Source of the DNA: Klebsiella phage ST13-OXA48phi12.2
DNA length: 34,141 nt
Sequence record: MK422452.1
Reading direction: 5' to 3' (one strand)
Shown piece after piece: positions 6,969-15,759 of this stretch. Made by a program: the position numbers and the translations under genes. The stretch's first letter is position 1, and each line of letters begins with the position of its first letter. Under the pieces are notes generated by a model. It was not told where the DNA came from, searched no databases, and saw only the letters and a list, made by a program, of their open reading frames with translations.

Positions 6969-7166
6969 ATGCGCAAACATGAAGTCATAGAGTATTTCGG
7001 CGGAGTATCTAAAACCGCCAGTACTTTAGGGATCTCTCATCCGGCTGTCTGCCGCTGGGGCGAGGTGATCCCTGAGAAACAGGCGTTTGTGATCGAGCGA
7101 ATCACTAACGGAAAGCTCAAGTACGACGCCAGCCTTTATCAAAAGTCTACAGATTCTGCGTCATAA
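6969..7166 (+). CDS. cro: Cro-like small HTH repressor
   Basis: 65 aa. AGGAG lies 7 nt upstream. The HTH is SKTASTLGISHPAVCRWGE. It is divergent from cI. Confidence 0.75.
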   Translation: MRKHEVIEYFGGVSKTASTLGISHPAVCRWGEVIPEKQAFVIERITNGKLKYDASLYQKSTDSAS

Positions 7167-7191
7167 CAGTAACTACCAAAGGAAATTCAAG

Positions 7192-7662
7192 ATGGTAGAG
7201 CAAAGCTTAAAAGAAGTGGTGAAGGCAATGTGCAAAGCATATCCAGGAGGCCGCGAAGCTATGGCTGGCGCTCTAGGGATGACGCTCACGCAGTTCAATA
7301 ACAACCTGTACGAGAAAAATGGATGCCGTTTCTTTGAAGTCGCTGAACTTGAAGCGATGGAGGACATTTCTGGTACAGCTGAGCTTGCCGATTACTTCGC
7401 GAAAAGACGCGGCGCATTGCTGGTGGATGTACCAAAGCTAGAAGACCTGGATCAGGTCGAACTATTCAATAAAGCCATGAAGACAGCCGCCATGCGTGGG
7501 CATGTTGATCTGGTCATCAACCTTGCGCTTGCCGATGGTGTGATTGATGAAGCTGAAGCTGATGAAATCAGGCACTACCACAGAAAACACCTCGCGGCAC
7601 GAGAAGAAGAAGTGAAATCCATCCTTGCAGTCTTTGGCCGACGAAAACCAAAGCGAGAGTAA
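7192..7662 (+). CDS. CII-like phage regulatory protein (CP76 family)
   Basis: 156 aa. AAGGAAA RBS. Position immediately after cro. Sequence character (TLTQFNNNLYE...ELEAMEDISG) resembles CP-933-type CII proteins as I recall them. Confidence 0.55.
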   Translation: MVEQSLKEVVKAMCKAYPGGREAMAGALGMTLTQFNNNLYEKNGCRFFEVAELEAMEDISGTAELADYFAKRRGALLVDVPKLEDLDQVELFNKAMKTAAMRGHVDLVINLALADGVIDEAEADEIRHYHRKHLAAREEEVKSILAVFGRRKPKRE

Positions 7663-7697
7663 CCCCTTACAGGCTCACCACGTAAGCAGGAGGGCCA

Positions 7698-7976
7698 ATG
7701 TATCAGGACGAATATTTCCACGTGACTATGCCCACGGTTTTTGCTCGTGAGGACGCCCCGTGGATTAAAGAGCAATTGGCAACACTCCCGGCAGGTATGC
7801 GGGAAAAAATCGCGATGGCGTATGCGCAGGCGTACCAGGAAGCGTTCGATGCTGAGCCGGTGTCATTCCGGCAGCAGAACGCCGCACGACGGACGGCAAA
7901 TCGCCGATTGCGAGAGTTTTGCACGAGGTATACCCCAGCGGTTAGGGGATATACGTCGCTCCCACCCAGGGTTTGA
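7698..7976 (+). CDS. hypothetical protein (92 aa) at the start of the replication module
   Basis: A strong AGGAGG RBS lies 6 nt upstream. It has no recognisable motif and could be a remnant of a replaced initiator gene. Confidence 0.45.
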   Translation: MYQDEYFHVTMPTVFAREDAPWIKEQLATLPAGMREKIAMAYAQAYQEAFDAEPVSFRQQNAARRTANRRLREFCTRYTPAVRGYTSLPPRV

Positions 7977-8137
7977 TTTTCTGAATCTGGGTTGGGGGAA
8001 AGGGGGCGGTGTTGGGTTTTAGCCCGAAGGGCTGGAACAGCTTTACCAGAAGAGAACGATCTAACAGATAGATCACTGTATGGGGTTGAAAACGTCGCTT
8101 GGAAGTTCAGACGTTTAGACATCCAAAAGGAGCCAAA

Positions 8138-8413
8138 ATGATTTATTCAGACGCTAACGAAAAATGGGCCCCCGTTCCGGTGGAGCCGTATTCCAAAGCC
8201 TACGAAGTCAGCAACCTCGGACGGGTACGCAGTATTCCGCGCCTGGCTAACTCTGAATATTTTATTCGACACATTCACGGCGGTTTTCTTAAAGGCCGCC
8301 AGCGCAAAGACGGGACCAAAACCGTTACGTTGTCGGTTCAGCGTCAGCGCACTAAGTTTGTCATCGCCGAGCTGGTGGCTATGGCCTTCGGGGAGGTTAC
8401 TGCTAATGCTTAA
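8138..8413 (+). CDS. NUMOD4-motif / HNH_3-like homing-endonuclease N-terminal fragment (91 aa), likely truncated
   Basis: The motif EKWAPVPVEPYSKAYEVSNLGRVRS is a classic NUMOD4. The following ...VTLSVQRQRTKFVIAELVAMAFGE matches the start of HNH_3 domains, but the catalytic HNH part is missing. AAGGAG lies 5 nt upstream of the ATG at 8138. The 3' end overlaps the helicase start. Confidence 0.5.
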   Translation: MIYSDANEKWAPVPVEPYSKAYEVSNLGRVRSIPRLANSEYFIRHIHGGFLKGRQRKDGTKTVTLSVQRQRTKFVIAELVAMAFGEVTANA

Positions 8414-9935
8414 CATCCAGCCCCGCGAAAAACAGGTAGTCGCGTTAAACATGCTGCGCAGCGCCTGGAAACAGAATAACTCCTTCATGCTCTACGCCCC
8501 TGTAGGGTTCGGCAAAACAGCAATAGCCGCGCTGATCACGGATGGCTTTGTAAGCCGTGAAATGCGCGTAATGTTTGTGGCTCCGTATACGGTTCTGCTG
8601 GACCAGACCGCAGCCCGATTCATGGAATACGGCCTTCCTGGCGAAGAAATCAGTTATGTCTGGCGTGATCACCCGTCATACAACCCCACAGCTCTGATCC
8701 AGATTGCCAGTGCGGATACGCTGATTCGCCGTGAGTTCCCGGACAATATCGACCTGTTGATCGTTGATGAAGCCCACCTGAAGCGCAAAAAACTGCTGGA
8801 GGTTATCGACAATCTCACTCGCAACACAGCAACGAAGGTAATCGGCCTTTCCGGTACGCCTTTCGCTAAGTTCCTGGGCAATTACTACCAGCGCCTGATT
8901 AAGCCAACGACCATGAAGGAACTGATCGCCATTGGTGCATTGAGCAAATATGAGTTCTATGCACCCTCGCATCCTGATCTGTCCAAAGTGGAAACGTCAT
9001 ACGTAGCAGGCTATGGCAGCGACTACAAAGAAAACCAGCTCAGCCAGGTAATGAGCGAAGCCAAGCTGGTAGGCGACATCGTGAAAAACTGGCTGGAGAA
9101 CGGCGAAGACCGCCCGACGATTTGTTTTTGCGTAGATGTCGCTCACGCCAATTTTGTCACGGTTGAATTTGCCAGCGCTGGCGTGACGGTTGAAGTTATG
9201 ACAGCCAGCACACCGCACGACGAACGGCAGCTCACGATCCGCCGCTTCGAACAGGGCATAACCAAAATCATCATTAACGTTGGTGTTCTGGTAGCCGGTT
9301 TTGATAGTGATGTTCGCTGCATTATCTTCGCCCGGCCAACAAAAAGCGAAATGCGCTGGATTCAGATTCTTGGGCGTGGCCTGCGTGCCGCTCCTGGTAA
9401 AGATCACTGCCTCATCTTCGACCACACAGGCACGGTTAATAAGCTGGGCTATCCAGACGATATTGAATACGACTATCTCCCTTCATCGTCTGACGGCATG
9501 GAAGAAGCACCGCAGAGAGCCGTAAAGACCGATGAAGCAGAAAAGCTGCCGAAAGAATGCAGCCAGTGCCACTTCGTCAAACCAGCCGGGATATACATCT
9601 GCCCGAAATGTGGTTTTAAACCGCTCGCCGGGGAAGACGTGGAAACAGATAAATCCCGTGGGCTGAAAAAGGTAAGCAAAGCGGAAGTCAAATATACCGC
9701 TGAGCAGAAGCAATCCTGGTGGTCTCAGATTCTTTTTTACCAGCGCACCCGCGCAGCGCAGGGACGCCCGGTCAGTGATGGCTGGTGTGCGCATACCTAC
9801 AAACAAAAATTCTCTGTATGGCCACGGGGGCTACATCACACCCCGCAGCAAATCACACCGGAAGTAACGAATTTCATCAAATCAAAACAGATCGCCTTTG
9901 CGAAGAGAAAAGAGAAAGAAGGAGATGCCGCATGA
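8406..9935 (+). CDS. SF2 DEAD/DEAH-box DNA helicase (phage replication). Start trimmed to ATG 8406 (MLNIQPREKQ...)
   Basis: Walker A motif is PVGFGKT. The DEAH box is LIVDEAH. Helicase C-terminal motifs are present. GGAGG lies 9 nt upstream of the ATG at 8406. Confidence 0.85.
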   Translation: MLNIQPREKQVVALNMLRSAWKQNNSFMLYAPVGFGKTAIAALITDGFVSREMRVMFVAPYTVLLDQTAARFMEYGLPGEEISYVWRDHPSYNPTALIQIASADTLIRREFPDNIDLLIVDEAHLKRKKLLEVIDNLTRNTATKVIGLSGTPFAKFLGNYYQRLIKPTTMKELIAIGALSKYEFYAPSHPDLSKVETSYVAGYGSDYKENQLSQVMSEAKLVGDIVKNWLENGEDRPTICFCVDVAHANFVTVEFASAGVTVEVMTASTPHDERQLTIRRFEQGITKIIINVGVLVAGFDSDVRCIIFARPTKSEMRWIQILGRGLRAAPGKDHCLIFDHTGTVNKLGYPDDIEYDYLPSSSDGMEEAPQRAVKTDEAEKLPKECSQCHFVKPAGIYICPKCGFKPLAGEDVETDKSRGLKKVSKAEVKYTAEQKQSWWSQILFYQRTRAAQGRPVSDGWCAHTYKQKFSVWPRGLHHTPQQITPEVTNFIKSKQIAFAKRKEKEGDAA

Positions 9936-10903
9936 ATACCAAACAAGCTGCGATTGGTCGCTGGGCGGAAATATTTAAACACTATGGTCTCCCTGGTATC
10001 ACCGGGAAAAACCATCTCAAGGGGGAATGTCCTCTGTGTGGCCGTACCGGAAAATTCCGCTGCGACAATAAAAACGGCACCGGCTCATACATCTGCGTGT
10101 GTGGATCTGGTGATGGCTGGGCCTTGTTGACCGCTAAGACTGGCAAAGAGTTTAAGGTTCTGGCCTCAGAAATAGACCGCCTGATCGGCAACGAGTACAC
10201 CTCAGACCGCACCAGAGTAAATCCGGTACGTACATCGCTGGCGCAACAGCGTGAAAAGGTCAGTCGTAAGTTTGCAAAGCTCACCCCACTGCGCGGAACC
10301 GGGGCAGATAGTTACCTGAAAGGGAGGGGTATCAATTCCCTGCCTTCTGAGAGCATCAGATTCTGCGATAAGCAGCCAGTAGACGGGAAAAACCTGCAGG
10401 CTATTTATGCATTGGCAACTGATGACCGTGGCGAACTGTGTTACCTGCACCGCACCTTGCTTGATGGTGATAAAAAGGCGCAAACAGGTGGCGCAGCCAA
10501 AAAGATGATGAAGCTGCAGGAAGATAGTTATCTGGAATTTGCTAAGTCTGTTGCTATCCGCATGTTCCCTACGTCCTCCACGCTGGGTATTGCAGAAGGT
10601 ATCGAAACGGCGCTGGCCTGCCATCAGATCACTAAGTGCAATACCTGGGCGACGATGAACACTGCATTCATGAAGAAGTTCCGTGTTCCTGCTGGCGTAA
10701 AGAACCTCATTATTTTTGCAGACTCAGATGCAAACGCTGCTGGGCATGCCGCCGCTTTTGAATGCGCTGCGGCGAATCTGCACGCGAAGAATGATCTGGA
10801 AAGTGTCTCCGTGCGCTGGCCTGCGCAGGGTGATTTTAATGATCTGCTGCTTAACGGTTCAGAAGTATTCGAGTGGGTATTTCACCGGGGGATGAAACAG
10901 TGA
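9932..10903 (+). CDS. phage DNA primase (zinc-ribbon CxxC...CxC plus toprim-like domain). Start ATG 9932 (MNTKQAAIGRW...)
   Basis: The N-terminal CPLCG...CVCG zinc-binding motif and IAEGIETALA...DSD are toprim-like. AGGAG lies 7 nt upstream. The ATG overlaps the helicase TGA. The longer track ORF is an upstream out-of-context extension. Confidence 0.7.
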   Translation: MNTKQAAIGRWAEIFKHYGLPGITGKNHLKGECPLCGRTGKFRCDNKNGTGSYICVCGSGDGWALLTAKTGKEFKVLASEIDRLIGNEYTSDRTRVNPVRTSLAQQREKVSRKFAKLTPLRGTGADSYLKGRGINSLPSESIRFCDKQPVDGKNLQAIYALATDDRGELCYLHRTLLDGDKKAQTGGAAKKMMKLQEDSYLEFAKSVAIRMFPTSSTLGIAEGIETALACHQITKCNTWATMNTAFMKKFRVPAGVKNLIIFADSDANAAGHAAAFECAAANLHAKNDLESVSVRWPAQGDFNDLLLNGSEVFEWVFHRGMKQ

Positions 10904-11517
10904 AGAAACCAGCGGCTGCAAAGGTGAAAACGTACAAACCGAAGAAGTGCGCCAGCTGTGGTGAAACCTTCACTCCGGCCCGCAACCTGCAAAAGGTTTG
11001 TGGCCCGCTCTGTGCTATAGCCCACAACAGGGCGCTGAAACAAAAAAAAGCGGAGGCGGAACAGAAGGACAAGCTGAAGATGCGCAAAAAGGCTCTGCTT
11101 ACCCGTGGCGACTACATCAAAAAAGCCCAGTCAGCCTTTAATGCCTTTATCCGTGAACGCGACGAGGGGAAACCATGCCCATCATGTGGCACTTATCACC
11201 CACCTATGATCTTTGGCGGCCAGTGGGATTGCGGTCATTTCATGGGGGTAGGTGCTCGTCCTGAATTGCGCTTTGAAGAGAAGAATGCTTACCGGCAGTG
11301 CAAAGCCTGTAATGGTGGATCGGGTCGGTTCGCTGCAAAGAATGCCACTGTACATGCCCGCTACAGGGAAACGCTGATCGAGTGGTATGGATTGCCGCTG
11401 GTGGAATGGCTGGAAGGCCCACACGAAGCGAAGCATTACTCAAAAGAAGACCTGGAAAACATAGCGGCTAAATACCGCCGTAAAACTCGCGAACTGAAAA
11501 AGCAGAGGGCCGCATGA
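10900..11517 (+). CDS. ninG: NinG/Rap recombination protein. Likely GTG start at 10900 (MKKPAAAKVKTYKPKKCASCGE...)
   Basis: Strong resemblance to lambda NinG: KKAQSAFNAFIRERD versus lambda KQAQQAFNAFIRERD. The Cys clusters are similarly spaced. The GTG overlaps the primase TGA (GTGA). Confidence 0.8.
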   Translation: MKKPAAAKVKTYKPKKCASCGETFTPARNLQKVCGPLCAIAHNRALKQKKAEAEQKDKLKMRKKALLTRGDYIKKAQSAFNAFIRERDEGKPCPSCGTYHPPMIFGGQWDCGHFMGVGARPELRFEEKNAYRQCKACNGGSGRFAAKNATVHARYRETLIEWYGLPLVEWLEGPHEAKHYSKEDLENIAAKYRRKTRELKKQRAA

Positions 11518-12158
11518 ATTACGATCTCATCTACTGTGATCCGCCGTGGGAATACGGCAATCGAATTAGCAACGGCGCAGCCTGTAATCATTACAGCACA
11601 ATGAGCATTGAAGACCTGAAACGGCTCCCTGTCTGGTCTCTGGCTGCTGATAACGCCGTACTGGCGATGTGGTATACGGGGACCCATAACCGCGAGGCTG
11701 TAGAACTGGCTGAATCATGGGGTTTCCGGGTCAGAACAATGAAAGGCTTTACCTGGGTAAAACTGAATCAGAACGCCGCTGACCGCTTCAACAAGGCACT
11801 AAACGCCGGAAAGCTGGTGGACTTCAATGATCTTCTTGAGATGCTGGACCGTGAGACGCGCATGAACGGCGGCAATCATACCCGGAGCAATACAGAAGAT
11901 GTCCTGATAGCGACCAGGGGAACCGGACTAACCCGCGCCAGCGCATCGGTAAAACAGGTTGTTCACACCTGCCTCGGTGAGCACAGCGCTAAACCGTGGG
12001 AAGTAAGGAACCGACTGGAGCAATTATACGGTGATGTGAAGCGGATCGAGCTATTCGCTCGGGAAGAGTGGAAAGGATGGGACCGCTGGGGAAATCAATG
12101 CAACAACAGTATCGAAATTATTACCGGACTGATTAAAGAGGTGAACCATGCAGCGTGA
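11514..12158 (+). CDS. MT-A70 family N6-adenine DNA methyltransferase
   Basis: A DPPW catalytic motif lies at the N-terminus (YCDPPWEY). The ATG overlaps the ninG stop (ATGA). Typical of nin-region methyltransferases. Confidence 0.85.
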   Translation: MNYDLIYCDPPWEYGNRISNGAACNHYSTMSIEDLKRLPVWSLAADNAVLAMWYTGTHNREAVELAESWGFRVRTMKGFTWVKLNQNAADRFNKALNAGKLVDFNDLLEMLDRETRMNGGNHTRSNTEDVLIATRGTGLTRASASVKQVVHTCLGEHSAKPWEVRNRLEQLYGDVKRIELFAREEWKGWDRWGNQCNNSIEIITGLIKEVNHAA

Positions 12159-12552
12159 TATTCAACTGGTACTCGAACGGTGGGGAACCTGGGCTATTAG
12201 TGAAGGCTCACAGGTTGACTGGTCACCAATTGCAGCGGGTTTTAAAGGCCTCCTGTTAAATACCTCAAAGTCTCGCGAGTCATGTTGTGACAATGATGGC
12301 CTTATTGTAGACGCTGCCGTAGGAATGCTTAAACGAGCTGGCCGGGATGATGAGTTAAATCTGGTGATGTTGCATTACATGCATAACGTTTCTAAATCGA
12401 CTATTGCCCGCTGGGAAAAATGTTCAGAGGGAAAAATACGTAACAGGTTAATGATAGCCGAAACGTTTATTGATGCCTGCATCATTATGAGTGGTGCCAG
12501 ATTAGAAATGGATGATTGGGCCCATAAAAAAGAAGTAGAGAAAGTTGCATAA
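12148..12552 (+). CDS. Q: late-gene antiterminator Q (phage-21/Gifsy type, Phage_antitermQ family)
   Basis: The N-terminus MQRDIQLVLERWGTWA closely resembles the MRDIQMVLERWGAWAA start of the Q21-type antiterminators I recall. It lies immediately upstream of the late promoter/terminator and lysis cassette. Confidence 0.75.
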   Translation: MQRDIQLVLERWGTWAISEGSQVDWSPIAAGFKGLLLNTSKSRESCCDNDGLIVDAAVGMLKRAGRDDELNLVMLHYMHNVSKSTIARWEKCSEGKIRNRLMIAETFIDACIIMSGARLEMDDWAHKKEVEKVA

Positions 12553-12628
12553 AAGTCTATTCGTTACGAATTTTATATATTAATGTGTTAAGAGTGGTCA
12601 CTTAGACACGAACTTAAATATTACAGAA

Positions 12629-12652
12629 CCTCGCCAATTGGCGGGGTTTTTT
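12629..12652 (+). terminator. tR'-like terminator in the late leader (CCTCGCC-aatt-GGCGGGG + TTTTTT)
   Basis: A 7-bp stem with one G-U pair followed by six Ts, about 75 nt after the Q stop. It is preceded by an AT-rich putative PR'/qut region (12553-12628). Confidence 0.6.
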
Positions 12653-12761
12653 CATTTCAGGCCCTGACTAAAAGTTGCAGATTAACCGTGAAATGCATGA
12701 GCCTGCGGCCTGAATTCTTTCCCCTCGTTCTGAGAGGATTCACAGCAATAGAGGGGGACCG

Positions 12762-13148
12762 ATGTCCGAACCAATAACCGGCACAGGCTTAGCTGGTGGC
12801 GCTTTAACTGGGGCGAGTGTTTACGGGCTATTAACCGGTACAGACTACGGTGTTGTGTTCGGGGCATTTGCTGGTTCCGTCTTTTATATAGCGACAGCGG
12901 CCGATTTGAGCGCCCCACGACGGATGGCATATTTCGTTGTGTCCTATATCGCTGGAGTTCTGTGCTCCGGGCTGGTCGGTTCTAAGTTATCCGACCTTAC
13001 CGGGTACAACGATAAGCCTCTGGATGCAATTGGTGCCGTAATCATTTCGGCATTGGCCGTAAAAATACTCACCTTCCTGAACAATCAGGATATTGGCTCG
13101 CTGGTGGCGCTAATAACGCGCCGGGGAGGTTCCGGTGGTACTAAATGA
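12762..13148 (+). CDS. holin (multi-TM, Gly/Ala-rich)
   Basis: 128 aa with several hydrophobic segments. GAGGGGGA RBS. First gene of the late operon, before the endolysin. Confidence 0.6.
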   Translation: MSEPITGTGLAGGALTGASVYGLLTGTDYGVVFGAFAGSVFYIATAADLSAPRRMAYFVVSYIAGVLCSGLVGSKLSDLTGYNDKPLDAIGAVIISALAVKILTFLNNQDIGSLVALITRRGGSGGTK

Positions 13149-13416
13149 TCCTACTGCAACCATCAATGCGCTGTTATGTGCTGGTGTCGTTGTTACGTTG
13201 ATGTTCTATCGCCGCAGAGACTCACGACATCGTAAGTGGGTGTCGCGGCTGGCATGGCTGATAACAGTGATATACAGCTCTGTGCCGTTGGCGTATCTGT
13301 GCGGCATCTATCCCTATTCATCATGGCCCACCATTGCGGCCAATATCATGATCCTTGTTGTGCTGCTGAGCGTAAGAGGCAATGTAGCGCGGCTGGTTGA
13401 TGCACTGAGGCACTAA
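13135..13416 (+). CDS. second small lysis-cassette membrane protein (holin/antiholin-like). Start uncertain (GTG 13135)
   Basis: 93 aa with two to three hydrophobic helices, between holin and endolysin. Its stop overlaps the endolysin start. Confidence 0.4.
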   Translation: MVLNDPTATINALLCAGVVVTLMFYRRRDSRHRKWVSRLAWLITVIYSSVPLAYLCGIYPYSSWPTIAANIMILVVLLSVRGNVARLVDALRH

Positions 13417-14045
13417 TGAATCAAACACAATTCCAGAAGGCGGCTGGTATCAGCGCCGGGTTAGCTGCGCGCTGGTATCCGCATATTACAGCCGCGATGA
13501 AAGAGTTTGGCATCACTTCCGCTATCGACCAGGCAATGTTCATTGCTCAATGCGGCCATGAAAGTCTCGGGTTTAACAGGGTAGTGGAGAATTTCAACTA
13601 CAGCATCGCCGGGCTTGCTGATTTTGTTCGTTACGGCAGGTTAACGCAGGATCAGGCCAATTCCCTCGGGCGCAGCCAGTCTGAAACAGTGTTACCTCTG
13701 GAGCGCCAGCGGGCTATCGCCAATATTGTCTATAGCAAGCGGTTGGGTAACAACAAGGCAACTGATGGCTGGGTTTATCGAGGGCGCGGACTTATTCAAA
13801 TAACCGGACTTTCTAATTACAGGGACTGCGGCAGCGGTTTGAAGGTTGATCTGGTGGCACAGCCAGAATTACTGGAGCAGTCCTCGTACGCGGCCCGTAG
13901 TGCAGCGTGGTTCTATGTCTCAAAAGGTTGCTTGAAATATCCGGGTGAGCTTGTCCGGGTTACTCAGATTATCAACGGCGGACAAAACGGGATTAATAAC
14001 CGGCGCGCTCGCTTCCTGAAAGCAAAATCGGTACTGGTGGTGTGA
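13416..14045 (+). CDS. endolysin, glycoside hydrolase family 19 (chitinase-like lysozyme)
   Basis: The FIAQCGHESLGF motif is characteristic of GH19 phage endolysins. Position after the holins. Confidence 0.8.
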   Translation: MNQTQFQKAAGISAGLAARWYPHITAAMKEFGITSAIDQAMFIAQCGHESLGFNRVVENFNYSIAGLADFVRYGRLTQDQANSLGRSQSETVLPLERQRAIANIVYSKRLGNNKATDGWVYRGRGLIQITGLSNYRDCGSGLKVDLVAQPELLEQSSYAARSAAWFYVSKGCLKYPGELVRVTQIINGGQNGINNRRARFLKAKSVLVV

Positions 14046-14323
14046 TCATGGGAATCGAAGCTATCGCGGGGCTGGTGGTCGTCATCCTGGGCGCTATAGC
14101 TGGCGCGTTCGGCATCGGCCATGCTCGCGGGACCAGTAAGGCAGAAGCCAAAGCCGATCAGCAGCGTAACGAAGAGAAGGCCGCCGCCACCGTCGCCGCG
14201 GCAGAACGCCGTGCTGAAGTCACGAAAGGGGCCAGCGATGTACAGGAAGACGTTAAGCGTATGGGCGATGACGATGTTGATCGGGAGTTGCGCGAAAAGT
14301 TTACCCGCCCCGGTAGTCGTTGA
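14042..14323 (+). CDS. i-spanin (Rz-like)
   Basis: N-terminal TM helix (IAGLVVVILGAIAGAF) followed by a charged periplasmic segment. The o-spanin gene starts inside it in another frame. Confidence 0.6.
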   Translation: MIMGIEAIAGLVVVILGAIAGAFGIGHARGTSKAEAKADQQRNEEKAAATVAAAERRAEVTKGASDVQEDVKRMGDDDVDRELREKFTRPGSR

Positions 14324-14468
14324 CACGGCCTGCAGCTGGGTGCGGATCATCTACCTGACTGACCACGATATCGATGTGTTGGATAAGCAGACCAAGCGTG
14401 ACATCCTGGCGCAAAACAAATCAGTGCAGGCTAACTGCCCGCAACTAACCGGCAGGGTTACGCGATGA
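14238..14468 (+). CDS. o-spanin (Rz1-like lipoprotein). Overlapped architecture, start ATG 14238 (MYRKTLSVWAMTMLIGSC...)
   Basis: Lipobox LIGSC after a signal peptide and a proline-rich mature part. AAAGGGG RBS. The track ORF 14121.. is an N-terminally over-extended version. Confidence 0.65.
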   Translation: MYRKTLSVWAMTMLIGSCAKSLPAPVVVDTACSWVRIIYLTDHDIDVLDKQTKRDILAQNKSVQANCPQLTGRVTR

Positions 14469-14558
14469 CCAAGGCAAAGAATATTGAATTTCGACTGAGC
14501 AAACTTGAGAAAGGGCCAGACGAGAACGTTCTGGCCATCATGGAGATAAGGTCGAGAG

Positions 14559-14843
14559 CTATTGCAGGTAGCTTGCTGAAGCAGATTTCCTGCCAGGCGT
14601 TGAAAGATCGATAATGTCAGTGAAGATTGCCTTGTAGGCTTTATTTAACTTCTCAACTGTTTTCGGGGTGATATCACTCGTAGGCGGCGCGTCGATACCA
14701 TCCATTAATTCTATTTCAGCAAATTTTTTCAAAACCTGAAGGACACTCTCTTTTTGTTCTTCAGGCATCGTTTGCACAATAAAAGCAACAACGTTTCTCA
14801 GCGCCAGGAGTTGAGCATGAGTTACATAGTAATGATCGATCAT
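14559..14843 (-). CDS. 94-aa hypothetical protein at the bor-like position (opposite strand, just after the spanins). Start trimmed to ATG 14843 (MIDHYYVTHAQLL...)
   Basis: AGGAA RBS. AT-richer than flanking genes. It has no signal peptide and is not Bor-like. A divergent promoter region with repeated ATAGCGG motifs lies at 14844-14975. Confidence 0.45.
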   Translation of the reverse strand: MIDHYYVTHAQLLALRNVVAFIVQTMPEEQKESVLQVLKKFAEIELMDGIDAPPTSDITPKTVEKLNKAYKAIFTDIIDLSTPGRKSASASYLQ

Positions 14844-14975
14844 ATTTTCATTCCTGTTCTGTTGAGCTCGGCGATTTAACAGTATAGCGGAGAAATATTG
14901 CCCGCTACTCTGTGGCAACTTTCAATCGTGATGACTGGCAATAGCGGGACTTTTTATGCCCGGAACGGAGTATCT

Positions 14976-15248
14976 ATGAAAGAACGAAAACTCGTAATTG
15001 AAATTGATGACAACGCCATTGATTCAGTCATCGAAAAGGTGCGCCTGCTCAAGGATGAACTGAGAAGCCTTAACCTGCCGATCAACATCTCTGTTGCAGT
15101 GCCGGCAGCATTAAAGCCGGAAGAGGAAAGGAACACGCAGGATGCCAGAAGCGTATTCCTTAGCAACCTTGATGCCGAAATTACTCAGGCTTGGTCATCA
15201 TTGACAGAGCTTTTGAATATACGTCGCGACGCGACCTCCTCCGACTAG
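14976..15248 (+). CDS. 90-aa hypothetical protein (MKERKLVIEIDDNAIDSV...)
   Basis: GGAG lies 7 nt upstream of the ATG at 14976. The 3' end overlaps the convergent 83-aa ORF by 68 nt. Confidence 0.4.
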   Translation: MKERKLVIEIDDNAIDSVIEKVRLLKDELRSLNLPINISVAVPAALKPEEERNTQDARSVFLSNLDAEITQAWSSLTELLNIRRDATSSD

Positions 15249-15432
15249 CTGCTGCCGCTGTTTTTAGTTCATTCACGGATTTTGTGAATTTAGCCCTCAC
15301 GTTACTGGCGCTATCTGTTGGCAACTCGCTGAAGAGGCAGGATACAGCGATAGATAAGATCTCGGTCTCACCTTTGAGTGACTCCAGCTCCTCGACGATT
15401 TTCTGTAAAAGTTTCTGATTATCAACGGACAT
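15181..15432 (-). CDS. 83-aa hypothetical protein with an Arg-rich C-terminus (MSVDNQKLLQKIVEELESLK...)
   Basis: A strong TAAGGAG RBS lies 8 nt upstream of the ATG at 15432. The N-terminal half is helical. Confidence 0.5.
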   Translation of the reverse strand: MSVDNQKLLQKIVEELESLKGETEILSIAVSCLFSELPTDSASNVRAKFTKSVNELKTAAAASRRRSRRDVYSKALSMMTKPE

Positions 15433-15558
15433 TAAAACGCTCCTTACTTTTTGTGTGAAAACTCAAAGATAAGCGAGCGTTACTTTTTGCAACATCCTGA
15501 TATTCGATCAGTGCCGCCACCGTGCGGCATTTTTATTACCAGAAGTAGGAGAAGAAGC

Positions 15559-15759
15559 ATGTTGACAGTAAAAGTGATGTCGCCTGGCGGCGGCGAAGAA
15601 ATCCATAGCGGCCTGAGCGTTGGTTTCAACCCCAATCAGCAGAGTATCTCAGTGTCTGGAATGGACCAGAACGTGTTCCTGAAGCAGGGGGAGGTGGCCT
15701 ATGTGATGAACGCAAACGGCAAGACCATTTCCCGTTACGAACACAGGGCCCAGCAGTAG
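15559..15759 (+). CDS. 66-aa hypothetical small protein (MLTVKVMSPGGGEEIH...). Start trimmed to ATG 15559
   Basis: AGGAG lies 8 nt upstream. A terminator-like hairpin (TGCCGC-caccgt-GCGGCA + TTTTTATT at 15512-15537) lies just upstream of the RBS, suggesting an attenuated leader. Confidence 0.5.
   Translation: MLTVKVMSPGGGEEIHSGLSVGFNPNQQSISVSGMDQNVFLKQGEVAYVMNANGKTISRYEHRAQQ

Noticed and set aside
7703-8122. 139-aa minus-strand ORF (and 7741-8022 plus-strand ORF) overlapping the 92-aa gene and the G-rich intergenic region
   Set aside because: It is antisense to, or in an alternative frame of, a gene with a strong RBS. It runs through the G-tract element and shows no independent translational signals.
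8997-10624. minus-strand ORFs (142 aa, 107 aa, 100 aa, 140 aa) inside the helicase and primase genes
   Set aside because: They are antisense to genes with conserved helicase and primase motifs. No start-site signals are present.
12656-12713. 8-bp inverted repeat TTCAGGCC...GGCCTGAA in the late leader
   Set aside because: The 42-nt spacing gives a weak, large-loop structure. This is expected by chance in a GC-rich leader. It is noted but not considered a supported feature.
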